A stretch of DNA of 64,000 bases, from assembly GCA_016793095.1 (NCBI GenBank), contig JAEUJQ010000037.1:12244-76243 (forward strand). Direction: 5' to 3'. Shown piece by piece: positions 28,691 through 37,837 of this stretch. Every line of letters begins with the position of its first letter. Positions within the stretch are counted from its first letter, which is position 1. The notes beneath the pieces are model-generated. The model saw only the letters and a list, made by a program, of their open reading frames with translations, was not told the DNA's origin and made no database searches. This stretch comes from Myxococcaceae bacterium (GTDB taxonomy: Bacteria; Myxococcota; Myxococcia; Myxococcales; Myxococcaceae). The translations under genes were made by a program, and so were the position numbers.

Positions 28691-28738
28691 GCGGGGGGCA
28701 CTGCGACTGCGGGAGCCTCGAGCGGGTAGGTTCGCCAC

Positions 28739-29050
28739 ATGATGACGCAGACCCTCTTCGAGCGGGCCAGAGCGCTCCAGGCGTCTGGGTTGAGCGCCGA
28801 GTCGCTTCACGCGGCCCTCGTGAAGGAGGGCTACGCCGCAGCAGATGTCGTCGTCATCCTCGGCAGCCTCGGCGCTGGGCCTCAACCCAGACCTGATCCG
28901 ACGGCTGACACTGCTCCGCTCACGGTGGTGAGCCGCATCGCCCGCAGTCGCGTGCTGGTCTGGCTGTTCTTCGTGGCAGTGGCGACGATGTGTGGCGGGG
29001 CGTCATGGGTTGCGTACACGCTGATGGCGGCCTTTCAACGCGGCCGCTGA
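28739..29050 (+). CDS. small hypothetical protein with C-terminal TM segment
   Basis: 103 aa with a C-terminal hydrophobic helix VLVWLFFVAVATM. Confidence 0.35.
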   Translation: MMTQTLFERARALQASGLSAESLHAALVKEGYAAADVVVILGSLGAGPQPRPDPTADTAPLTVVSRIARSRVLVWLFFVAVATMCGGASWVAYTLMAAFQRGR

Positions 29051-29109
29051 GGAGCGGGACGTCTGCACCCTGCGGCTGCCGACTCCCTCGTCTCCAGGGA
29101 GGCCCTCGG

Positions 29110-30249
29110 TCACGGTTCGGCATCGACGCGGGTCTCGACCACGTCTTGCACCGCGCGAGGGACGTCAGAGAGGAAGTCGAGCCCCGTCGCCTGCTCGACG
29201 GAGCGGACCGAGACGCGGAACGCCCGCCAGCTCCCGCTGACCGAGGCGGTGTTGGGCACCACCACCGCGATGACGCGAGTCGAGGTGGTGACCGATGGCG
29301 CCGCTCCCACCTGCCCATCGACGATGACCGCGACCTTGAAGGTCGAGGTCGGCACCGGCACACCCGCTCCGATGGACTGCGGGGTGACGCCGAAGAGCGG
29401 CCCAGCGACGAGAAAGACCGTCTTCCCCAGGCGCGCCTGCGCTCGCGCTTCGTCCTCCAGCGTCGCCCAGGTGCCACCGTTGCTGGCGCGGGTCTGCGGC
29501 ACGACGTTGGTGAAGACGAAGGTGGCGTCGTTGTCGGGGTCGGTGTTGGTGCGGTCGGCGCTGGGGCAGAGGTGGCCGCGCTCGAAGCCGCTGTTGCGGA
29601 AGTCCTCGTCGCGGGCCTGCCCGGCGCTGAGCGGAAGCTGGGCATCGCGGCGGAAGCTCGTCGCGCGCGTCGCAGTCCCGAGCCACGTCGTGTCGAGGCG
29701 CCACGACACCCAGCGCGGCGTCTTGCGGACCGTGTCGTAGGAGACGACGAACTGCGGCTTCACGAGGAGCCAGCGGTCGAGCGCGCCCACCGCGGACGTA
29801 TCGGGGAGGCCGAGGGCGGTGTGGGCGCTGAGGGTGGCTCCAGGGCCGGGCGCAGCCGGCGCGACGACGCCCCCATCGGGCTCGCGGCCCGCATCGGCTC
29901 CGGCGAGCGCCGCGCCCGCGTCGACGGGCCTGCCGGCGTCTGCAGGCGCGGTTTGACCTGCATCGACTGTGAGGCCTGGGGTGCCTGCGTCGGTCGGCGT
30001 GTCGGCCCCCGCGTCGGCGGCGAGCTGCGACGGCGCTCCAGCGTCGTGCACCGGCGAGGGTCCGGCGTCGGCGGGCGCGAGGGGACTGGCGTGTCCTGCG
30101 TCGAACGCATCGACCCGGCGGCCGCTGGTCGAGGTCGCGCGAGGCTCGTCGTCCACGCGAACGACCGCGTCGACGTCATCGACGCCACACGACCACCACG
30201 ACGCACATGTGAGGAGCAGGGCGATGAGACGCCGCGGGAAGGACGGCAC
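29110..30249 (-). CDS. secreted DNA/RNA non-specific endonuclease (NUC / beta-beta-alpha-Me family) lipoprotein
   Basis: Lipobox LLTCASWWSCG and a low-complexity (DAG/PAD) linker. Catalytic motif FERGHLCP with downstream N...FVFTNVVPQ. Confidence 0.8.
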   Translation of the reverse strand: MPSFPRRLIALLLTCASWWSCGVDDVDAVVRVDDEPRATSTSGRRVDAFDAGHASPLAPADAGPSPVHDAGAPSQLAADAGADTPTDAGTPGLTVDAGQTAPADAGRPVDAGAALAGADAGREPDGGVVAPAAPGPGATLSAHTALGLPDTSAVGALDRWLLVKPQFVVSYDTVRKTPRWVSWRLDTTWLGTATRATSFRRDAQLPLSAGQARDEDFRNSGFERGHLCPSADRTNTDPDNDATFVFTNVVPQTRASNGGTWATLEDEARAQARLGKTVFLVAGPLFGVTPQSIGAGVPVPTSTFKVAVIVDGQVGAAPSVTTSTRVIAVVVPNTASVSGSWRAFRVSVRSVEQATGLDFLSDVPRAVQDVVETRVDAEP

Positions 30250-30557
30250 GCCTTCAGGCAGAGCACCCCCTGTGCCCGGGGAAGGGCCGCCGAATCACGG
30301 CGATCGCGACGAGTCAGCCTCACGCTCCGGGTCGCGATGACCCTGTGCGCCTTCTGGAGAGGTTTCCCCGCCCTGGACCGCGGAGCGGCGAGCTCGATGA
30401 CCCACGAGGGCGCGGTGGTGGTCATCGGCCTGTGGTCGAACGCCGGCCGAGGTGCCGTTCACGGACAAGACGCACGACGCGGCGACGGCTGGCGAGTACG
30501 AGGTCCACCGAACGGCGCTCGGCGAGCGGGCGCCCAGGTGTCGAGGAGGTGTTGCGC

Positions 30558-31424
30558 ATGAGACCGGTCGTCTTCTTCTCCCATGGGGCGCGGGTCGCTG
30601 GCGTGCTTCGGGTCCCCGAAGGGCAGGGCCCCTTCCCCGCCATCGTGATGTGCGCGGGCATGACGCTGACGAAAGAGGTGTGGCTGCCCGCCAACGCCGA
30701 GTGGTTGTGCGCGCGCGGCTACGCCACGCTCAACTTCGACTACCGCGGGTTCGGTGACTCCGAGGGCCAGCCTCGCTGCCGGCTGGTGCCGCCGATGCAG
30801 GTCGAAGACGTGCGCTCGGCGTTGACCTTCCTCGAGACCCAGCCAGAGGTGGACCGGGCGCGCCTGGGCCTGTTCGGGGTTTCGCTGGGGGCCTCGGTGG
30901 CGGTGGCGACCGCTGGGGTCGATCGACGCGCGAAGGCGACGGTGGCGGTCGCGGGCCCGATGGACCTGGGCCGCGTGTGGCGCGCGTACCCGGGCTTCGA
31001 GCGCTTCGAGGAGAAGGTGTGGGCTGCCCGGCGCAAGGCCGTGAGCACCGGCGAGGTCAGCACCATCCAGTTGACGCGGCTGCTCGCGAGCGACCCTGAC
31101 ACCTGCGCGAAGATCGAGCGTGACGCGGCGGCGATCCCGGCCTGGAGGCCCGAGCTCACGTTCGAGTCGCTGGTCGATCTCTTCGAGTTCCGCCCCGAGC
31201 AGGTGGCCGCCGACATCAGCCCGCGGGCGGTGATGTTCATCGCGCCCGAGCTCGATCGCCTGATCGCCGGCGCGGAGCTGCCCAGCGCCCATGCGCTCGC
31301 CCGAGAGCCGAAGCGGCTCGTCACCCTGCCGGGCATCAAGCACCACGAGATCTACGGCGAGGGCCGAGGCTTTCCGCTCGTCATGGAAGCCGCAGGGGCG
31401 TTCTTCGAAGAACACCTGCGCTGA
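30558..31424 (+). CDS. alpha/beta hydrolase
   Basis: Nucleophile elbow GVSLGAS and a C-terminal His. Start chosen at MRPVVFFSHG. Confidence 0.65.
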   Translation: MRPVVFFSHGARVAGVLRVPEGQGPFPAIVMCAGMTLTKEVWLPANAEWLCARGYATLNFDYRGFGDSEGQPRCRLVPPMQVEDVRSALTFLETQPEVDRARLGLFGVSLGASVAVATAGVDRRAKATVAVAGPMDLGRVWRAYPGFERFEEKVWAARRKAVSTGEVSTIQLTRLLASDPDTCAKIERDAAAIPAWRPELTFESLVDLFEFRPEQVAADISPRAVMFIAPELDRLIAGAELPSAHALAREPKRLVTLPGIKHHEIYGEGRGFPLVMEAAGAFFEEHLR

Positions 31425-31477
31425 GCGTCGCTGCAGCTGGCGTGGGTCAATCGCCAGAGGTCGGGCATGATGCCCAC

Positions 31478-32725
31478 ATGAGCGACGTCTTCGTGATTGG
31501 AGTGGCGACGACCCCGTTTCGGCGTTGGCCCGAGGCGACCCATCGGCAGCTCGCCCAACAGGCGCTCGACGCCCTCGAACGCGACGCGCAGGTTCCCGCG
31601 AGTCGAGCCGACGCCGTCTGGTTCGGAAACTGCGCGCTGCACGTGTTTGGCCAGGCGACCGCGCGCGGGCAGGTGGTGCTCTCGGGCCCGTTGGCCTCGG
31701 GCCAACTGGAGCCGTCGACGCCGATCATCAACGTCGAGGCGGGGTGCGCGACGGGCAGCTTCGCGCTGCATGGCGCGATTCAAGCGATCGCGAGCGGCGG
31801 CGCGTCGGTCGCCCTCGCCATCGGTGTCGAGAAGACGTTCCTCCCCAACCTGCTCGAGAAGACGAAGGAGCTGTTCGACGGCGCGATGGATCGTCTCACC
31901 CCTGACGCGCCCATGGCCTTCTACGCGCAGGCGGCGGCCCAGCATGGGCTCGAGTTCGCGCCCACGCCCGATCGCATCGCCCTGCTCGACGTGTGCGCGC
32001 TCCAGGCGCGGTGGCACATGAAGACGTATGGAACGACGGCCGAGCACCTCGCGGCCTCGGCCTCGAAGAACCACACGCACGGAGCGCTCAACCCGAACGC
32101 TCAGCACCAGAAGCCGCGCTCCATCGCCGAGGTGCTGGCGGACAAGCCAGTGCTGTCCCCGCTGACGCGCTCGATGTGCGCACCCATCTCCGACGGCGCC
32201 GCAGCGGTGATGGTGGCCTCGGCCGACACCGTGAAGGGCCTGCCAGACGCCGTCCGTGCGCGCGCGGTGAAGGTGGTCGGGCTCGAGCTCGCCACCGGGC
32301 GCTACCGCGCGCTGGGCGAGCCGTCGGTCACGTCCCGCTGCGCCCAGCGGCTCTTCGCCAGGACCCACCGCAGGCCCGACCAGGTCGACGTCGCCGAGGT
32401 GCACGACGCCACCAGCTTCTCGGAGATCAGCACGGTGGAGGCGCTGGGGTTCTGCGGCCCGGGTGAAGGTGGGCCCTGGGTCGCGAGCGGCCGGGCGAGC
32501 CTCGGAGGCGAGCGGCCCATCAACCTCTCGGGCGGGTTGGTCTCGAAGGGCCACCCGCTGGCGGCGAGCGGCCTCGCGATGGTCCACGAGCTGGTGACTC
32601 AGCTCCGCCAGGAGGCGGGCAATCGCCAGGCGCGCTCGACCCGACTCGCGCTCTGGCAGAACGCGGGAGGGCTGACGGGCTTCGACGAGGCGGCCTGCGC
32701 GGTGGGCCTGCTCGAGCGGGCCTGA
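31478..32725 (+). CDS. thiolase-family protein (SCP-x/lipid-transfer-type thiolase)
   Basis: Active-site region NVEAGCATGS, a C-terminal GHPLAASG, and a 416-aa length. Confidence 0.8.
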   Translation: MSDVFVIGVATTPFRRWPEATHRQLAQQALDALERDAQVPASRADAVWFGNCALHVFGQATARGQVVLSGPLASGQLEPSTPIINVEAGCATGSFALHGAIQAIASGGASVALAIGVEKTFLPNLLEKTKELFDGAMDRLTPDAPMAFYAQAAAQHGLEFAPTPDRIALLDVCALQARWHMKTYGTTAEHLAASASKNHTHGALNPNAQHQKPRSIAEVLADKPVLSPLTRSMCAPISDGAAAVMVASADTVKGLPDAVRARAVKVVGLELATGRYRALGEPSVTSRCAQRLFARTHRRPDQVDVAEVHDATSFSEISTVEALGFCGPGEGGPWVASGRASLGGERPINLSGGLVSKGHPLAASGLAMVHELVTQLRQEAGNRQARSTRLALWQNAGGLTGFDEAACAVGLLERA

Positions 32726-32750
32726 CTCCCGGCTTCCGCCTCTGCCGGGC

Positions 32751-34361
32751 GTGCCTGTTGTCGTCGAGAAGACGGCCCTCGTCTGCGATGCTCGCCCGGT
32801 GGCCGACCCCGTTCAGCTGGTCCTCGAGAGCCGCCGCTCCCACGCGCTTCGTCTCGCCGACGCAGCCGACTACGGCACCTTCCCGAAGACGCTCCCGCCG
32901 GTCGCCGCTGCGATGGGCTTCGCCGACCACGCCTCGTACCTCTCCATCCTCATCGAGGCGGGCAACGAGCTGACGCGCGGCGCGGGGAACAAGCGGCCGT
33001 ACGCGATGCTGGCGCTCCTCGACGGCTACGCGCTCGCGAAGCACGTCCACGGCGTTCCAGTCGCGAAGGGCAAGGCGCTCGCGCCGAAGGCCACGCTCAC
33101 CCGGTTCCTCCGCGCCTCGGCGCGCTCCGGCCCGGCGCTGCTGGCGAGCCCCCACGCCGCCACCGCCCGCGCGCTCATCGAGTCGCTCGGCCCCGACGAC
33201 GACACCGCGCGCGAGGTGATGGCCAACGCGTTCGCCTGCGGCGTGCTGCTGTTCCAGTACGAGCACGGCGCCGCGCTGCCCGGCTTCGAGGCGCTCGCTC
33301 CCGCGCGGGCGAAGCAGCAGAAGGGCGCGGCGAAGACGGTGGTGAAGCACGTCGCCGCGCTCCCGAAGGAGCTCATCGGCGGAGTGATGGCGGCGCCCCA
33401 TGACGACGCGCCCAGGCTCGTCCTGGCCGACTGGCTCACCGAGCAGGCAGACCCCCGGGGAGAGTTCATCCAGGTGCAGTGCGCGCTCGGCCGCGCCCTC
33501 TTCGGCGCCGAAGGGAAGTGGGTGCTCGGCGGCCGCAAGGCGCTGCCGTTCGAGACGCGCGAACAGCTCGAGGCACGCGAGCAGGAGCTGCTCAAGGCGC
33601 ACGAGAAGCAGTGGATCGCGCCCATTCGCAAGGTGGTGCGGCAGTGGGGCTTCAGGCGCGGCTTCGTGAACCACGTCATCACCGACCTCGCGACGTTCGC
33701 GGCCGCCACTGACAGCGCCCTGGCCGAGACGCCGCTCGAGTCCGCGAAGCTCACCGGCTTCAAGGCGACGCACCTGCGGGCGCTGTGCAAGGCCGCGCCC
33801 CACGCGACGTTGGAGACGCTCAACCTCGGCATGAACCGCCTCAATGACGGCGCCGCGGCGCTCTTCGCGTCGCCGTTCCTCTCGAAGGTGACGGGCCTCA
33901 ACCTCGAGGGCAACCCGTTGGGCGACGCGTGCCTGCGCGCGCTCGCCTCGCCGCGCTCCATCCTGCGCCTCGGGCTGTACAACGGCGAGTTCGACGACAC
34001 CGCGTTCTCGTCGCTCGCAAAGGCGCCGTGGTGGGGGTCGCTCACCGGCCTCTCGCTCGCCCGCTGCCAGGCGCTGACGCCGCGAGCGCTCGAGACGGTG
34101 AACGCCGCGGCGGAGCTCGACTGGCTCGTCCTCGACCTCCCCGGCCTGACGGACGCGGACGTCGTGGGCGTCGCGAAGGCGCACCCGAAGCTGAAGCAGC
34201 TCTCCTTCTCCCGCGCGCAGGTCAGCGAGCGCGCTGTCGAGGCCGTCATCGCCGCGCTGCCGACGCTCGGCTTCCTCGAGGTACCGCGCTCGCTCCCGGA
34301 GGCCGCACAGGAACGCCTCCGAGCGCGCTTCGCCGGCACGCGGTGGACGCAGCTCATGTGA
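32751..34361 (+). CDS. TIGR02996-type repeat-companion domain protein with leucine-rich repeats
   Basis: PRLVLADWLTEQADPRGEFIQVQCAL motif, then RNI-like LRRs (LNLGMNRLND..LNLEGNPLGD). GTG start. Confidence 0.65.
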   Translation: MPVVVEKTALVCDARPVADPVQLVLESRRSHALRLADAADYGTFPKTLPPVAAAMGFADHASYLSILIEAGNELTRGAGNKRPYAMLALLDGYALAKHVHGVPVAKGKALAPKATLTRFLRASARSGPALLASPHAATARALIESLGPDDDTAREVMANAFACGVLLFQYEHGAALPGFEALAPARAKQQKGAAKTVVKHVAALPKELIGGVMAAPHDDAPRLVLADWLTEQADPRGEFIQVQCALGRALFGAEGKWVLGGRKALPFETREQLEAREQELLKAHEKQWIAPIRKVVRQWGFRRGFVNHVITDLATFAAATDSALAETPLESAKLTGFKATHLRALCKAAPHATLETLNLGMNRLNDGAAALFASPFLSKVTGLNLEGNPLGDACLRALASPRSILRLGLYNGEFDDTAFSSLAKAPWWGSLTGLSLARCQALTPRALETVNAAAELDWLVLDLPGLTDADVVGVAKAHPKLKQLSFSRAQVSERAVEAVIAALPTLGFLEVPRSLPEAAQERLRARFAGTRWTQLM

Positions 34362-34581
34362 GGGTGAGCGCGCAGCACTCGGGCGGGACGGGTGCCAGCC
34401 CCGGACGAGCCGCCTGACGTGAAAGACAACACGCTGGGACGCCAATCGGTGATGCAGTTCGCCGACACCGTCATGGGCAAGGCCACGCTCACGGCGGCCA
34501 GGGTGTTCGGCGGCCCGGCGGTCGTGGCGACGTCGGTTTCCGCAGCGGGGAGGTCCCCGGGTCGGGCAGAGTCGCTCCTGG

Positions 34582-35316
34582 ATGCGCCGCGTGCTTCCCC
34601 TCCTCGTGACCCTGACTGCCTGCAGCGGAGGAATGGTCGCGCCCGACTCCGGGGCGCCGGATGCGGGTGCTTCCCCGATGGATGCAGGCGCTGGAGCCGT
34701 TGACGCAGGCGTGGTGGACGCTGGGACCGTTGACGCAGGCGCGGTGGACGCTGGGACCGTCGACGCTGGCGCGCTGGATGCTGGCGCCGTCGATGCCGGC
34801 GCTGTCGATGCTGGCGCCGTGGACGCCGGCGTGATGGGCCCGTCCTGCTCCGGTCTGCCCGACGTCGTCACCTTCGACTTCACGTGGAGCGACTCGAGCA
34901 GCGTGCTCACGATGCAAGCAGGTGGCGTGCGCGCCGACACCATCGCCGTGGGCCGCATCACGGTGCCCACCACCGCTGCCATGCCGTTGGCGCAACCGGG
35001 GCAGGTGCGCTTCGTCGAGTACATCGACGGCCAGGCGCAGCGGCAGATGACGCTCTCACGGTTCCCGTGCGACTTCCGCGGCTTCGTGCCCGGTGGCGTC
35101 AGCCGCACCGACCCGACCGGCGTGAGCTTCCCCGTCGTCTGGTCCAACGACATCAACACGCAGCTCATCTTCCGGCTCTCACCGCCCGGCGCCGTCGTCC
35201 TTCCGCCGGGCACCACCTGGTACGTCAGCCTGCGCAACGTCGACTGGGTCACTGGCGCGCCCTCGTGCGGCACGGCCACCTGCAACGGGCTCTTCAACTT
35301 CTTCGCCCCGCGATGA
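34582..35316 (+). CDS. lipoprotein with (VDAGx)n repeat linker
   Basis: Lipobox LVTLTACSGG. Pentapeptide repeats AVDAG/TVDAG x~12 from a 15-bp tandem DNA repeat at 34690-34850. Cys-containing C-terminal domain. Confidence 0.55.
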   Translation: MRRVLPLLVTLTACSGGMVAPDSGAPDAGASPMDAGAGAVDAGVVDAGTVDAGAVDAGTVDAGALDAGAVDAGAVDAGAVDAGVMGPSCSGLPDVVTFDFTWSDSSSVLTMQAGGVRADTIAVGRITVPTTAAMPLAQPGQVRFVEYIDGQAQRQMTLSRFPCDFRGFVPGGVSRTDPTGVSFPVVWSNDINTQLIFRLSPPGAVVLPPGTTWYVSLRNVDWVTGAPSCGTATCNGLFNFFAPR

Positions 35317-35319
35317 CGC

Positions 35320-36621
35320 TCACCCTTCGAGGGTGACGGCGAAGCGCAGCACCAGGCCGGGCAGGGGCTCGATGAGGTCGCCCACCTCGAGCGTTGCGCG
35401 CGGCGTCGCCCGGCCGTTCACCCGCAGCAGCGCGACGCCGAGGTCGTCGAACACCACCCAGCCTTCGTCGCGACGCACGATGCGGCACAGCTGCTCGGGC
35501 ACCTTCGGGCCACGCACGATGACCTGGCTCGCCGTCGCCGCGCCGAGCCGCGTGTCTGCCGCGAGCCGCATGCGGAACCCGGGGTACACCGAGACGCCTT
35601 CAGGGCACGACACCAGCTCCAGGCACGCGCTGCGGGTGCGCTCGACGAAGCCGCTCCACTCGAGCCGGGGCAGCCGCTCACGCGCCCGTGCCGCCACGGC
35701 CTTCGGCAGCTCGAGGTCGTTCACCGCGAGGCCCAGCGACAGGTGCTCGAGCGTGTTCGCGAAGGCGGCCTCTCCCACCAGCTCGACGACGGCCGGCACC
35801 ACGAGCTCGGGCGGCGGCTCCTTCGGCCAGCCCGGCGTCCCGCGCGGCGCCAGCACGCGCTTCGCCGGTGTGCCCACCACGTAGTCGATGGTGAGGGACG
35901 AGAGCGTGCGCGCCACGGGCAGCGTGCCCAGCTGCGCGAGGTGCCAGAAGAGCCCCGGAGCGCCGACGACGGCGTGACGCGCGACCCGCACCGAGGTCAG
36001 CAGGCCCGCGGCGCTGAAGCTCGGCTGCACCGCCTGCGTGCGCGCACTCTCGGAGAGCGGGCCGAGCACCTTGAACCTCTCGGCCTCGACCGAGCGCCGG
36101 TCACTCGCCAGCCAGTCGCCGAGTGGGTCGCCGTGCTCCTTCAGGAAGTCCATGTAGACCGCCAGCGTGGCGGCGTCGTCCGGCCGCACGGCCAGCGCTG
36201 CCTCGAGCCCCTCGTGCCGCGCGGTCTGGAGCGGCCGCTCCCGCACCGCCAACACCAGGCCTGTCGAGAAGACGAGGTGGTCGCCGTCGGCGAGCGCGTA
36301 CGAGAGGGCGAGGTCGAGCGTCTGCCCGTTGAGCGAGCAGGCCACCGGCAGACCCTTCTCGGTCCATGCCTTCGGTTCGCCACGCAGGCGCCCGATGAGC
36401 AGGTCGGCGCCCTGGAGCACGTCGACCTGCAGCCGGCAGCGCGACGAGCGGCCCACCCGCAGGGGCGCCTCCTCCGTCAACTGGAAGCGCGCCCCCGGGC
36501 GCATGGCGTCGGGAGCATCGGGAGGCAACGCGACGACCTCTGCGAACACCGGGGAATGGTGGCACGGATCGGGCTCGACGGGCGTCGGCGACGCGGCGGC
36601 GTCCGTGCACGACCAGGGCAT
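35320..36621 (-). CDS. FHA-domain protein containing a TIGR02996-like motif
   Basis: Only the 3' ~1.3 kb of the 787-aa ORF looks genuine. It has FHA-like segments at both ends and VYMDFLKEHGDPLGDWL in the middle. The start is within a few bp of 36621. Confidence 0.5.
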   Translation of the reverse strand: MPWSCTDAAASPTPVEPDPCHHSPVFAEVVALPPDAPDAMRPGARFQLTEEAPLRVGRSSRCRLQVDVLQGADLLIGRLRGEPKAWTEKGLPVACSLNGQTLDLALSYALADGDHLVFSTGLVLAVRERPLQTARHEGLEAALAVRPDDAATLAVYMDFLKEHGDPLGDWLASDRRSVEAERFKVLGPLSESARTQAVQPSFSAAGLLTSVRVARHAVVGAPGLFWHLAQLGTLPVARTLSSLTIDYVVGTPAKRVLAPRGTPGWPKEPPPELVVPAVVELVGEAAFANTLEHLSLGLAVNDLELPKAVAARARERLPRLEWSGFVERTRSACLELVSCPEGVSVYPGFRMRLAADTRLGAATASQVIVRGPKVPEQLCRIVRRDEGWVVFDDLGVALLRVNGRATPRATLEVGDLIEPLPGLVLRFAVTLEG

Positions 36622-36732
36622 GCGCACCCACGGTTGTCTGCCGTACCTCGGGGGGTGTCGCGAGCGAGGTGCCGTCGCACGCACTCCTGACGTATGAGGC
36701 TGCGCCGCAAGCTCTTTCCTGAAGGGGGACCG

Positions 36733-37794
36733 ATGACCCGCTCCGTGGCCGTGTGGCTCCTGCTGTTTCCCGTGGTGGCGTTGGCGCAAGCGCGGACGCT
36801 GGCGCGCGTGGTGTCGGTCGAGGGCGCGACCTTCACGCTCGAGGTGCTGGAAGGCGGCGTCTCGGACACTGAGGCGCTCGAGCTGTGGACACCCGCGGGC
36901 AAGAAGCCGGTGACGATGACGGTGCCAGGCAGCGGGTGGATCGAGCGGGGGAGAAGCGCGAGTGGGCTGTCGTGTCGCGGAGGAACCCCCACGCCGCGCG
37001 CGGTGCTGACGAAGCCTGGCCAGGTGACGTCGTGGGTCGCGGCCCAGGCAGCGGTCGCCGCGTTTCCGCCGAAGACGCTGGCGCGCGTGGTGTCCGTCGA
37101 GGGCGCGACCGTGACGCTCGAGGCCGTGGTGGGGTCGCTCACCAACGGCATGGCGCTGGACCTGGTGACGGCCGAGGGTGCGTCGCCCGTCACCGTCACG
37201 CTCCCGTCGAACCTCGACCTGGTGCTGAAAGGCGACCGCGTGAAGGGCGTCACCATCGCGGGAGGTCGGGTCACCGCCGGAGCCATCGTCGCGGACCGGG
37301 CGCGCTTCACCACCCTCGCCGAGGCCTCGGGCGTCGCGGGTCCACCGGCGCCCCCGCCTTCCGCCGCAGCGCCGGGGCTCGTGCCGAACCCGGCCGCGTG
37401 TGTCTTCGCGCCGGCTGAGCTCAAGGCGGCGCTCGGCTTCGAAGTGGGAGCAGGTGAAGGCACCGAAGCGACGTTCTCGACGGGCACCAGGCTGTCGTGC
37501 CTCTACAAGGGCTCGACCGGCGGCGTCTGGGTCAACCGGACGGTGATGTCGACGGGCGCTCCGGCCACCAACGCCGAGAGCTCGCGGAAGCTGCTGGCCG
37601 GCCGGCTCGAGCCCATTGCCGGAGATGCCGACGGGGCCGCGTGGCAGGTCGGCCAGGGCGACAACACCGACGTCACCCTGCACTACTGGCGGGGCAACAC
37701 CGGCACCGAGGTGCGCGTCAGCGGCGTCGACCAGAAGAACCGAGCGGCCGTCTCGGCGATGCGGCGCAACGTGCTGAAGCTGCGTCGGCCGTGA
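36733..37794 (+). CDS. secreted protein with internal duplication
   Basis: Signal peptide MTRSVAVWLLLFPVVALAQA. TLARVVSVEGAT(F/V)TLE...TVTLPS appears twice. Confidence 0.5.
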   Translation: MTRSVAVWLLLFPVVALAQARTLARVVSVEGATFTLEVLEGGVSDTEALELWTPAGKKPVTMTVPGSGWIERGRSASGLSCRGGTPTPRAVLTKPGQVTSWVAAQAAVAAFPPKTLARVVSVEGATVTLEAVVGSLTNGMALDLVTAEGASPVTVTLPSNLDLVLKGDRVKGVTIAGGRVTAGAIVADRARFTTLAEASGVAGPPAPPPSAAAPGLVPNPAACVFAPAELKAALGFEVGAGEGTEATFSTGTRLSCLYKGSTGGVWVNRTVMSTGAPATNAESSRKLLAGRLEPIAGDADGAAWQVGQGDNTDVTLHYWRGNTGTEVRVSGVDQKNRAAVSAMRRNVLKLRRP

Positions 37795-37837
37795 TCGACC
37801 GGCCCAGACGCGACGACGTCGCCGAACAGCTGTCGGA

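Noticed and set aside
32520-35297. 925-aa minus-strand ORF
   Set aside because: Antisense to the TIGR02996/LRR gene and the VDAG-repeat lipoprotein. No motifs.
36622-37683. N-terminal ~350 codons of the 35320-37683 minus ORF
   Set aside because: Overlaps the signal-peptide gene 36733-37794 on the plus strand. His/Arg-rich with no structure. The real gene is only the 3' part.
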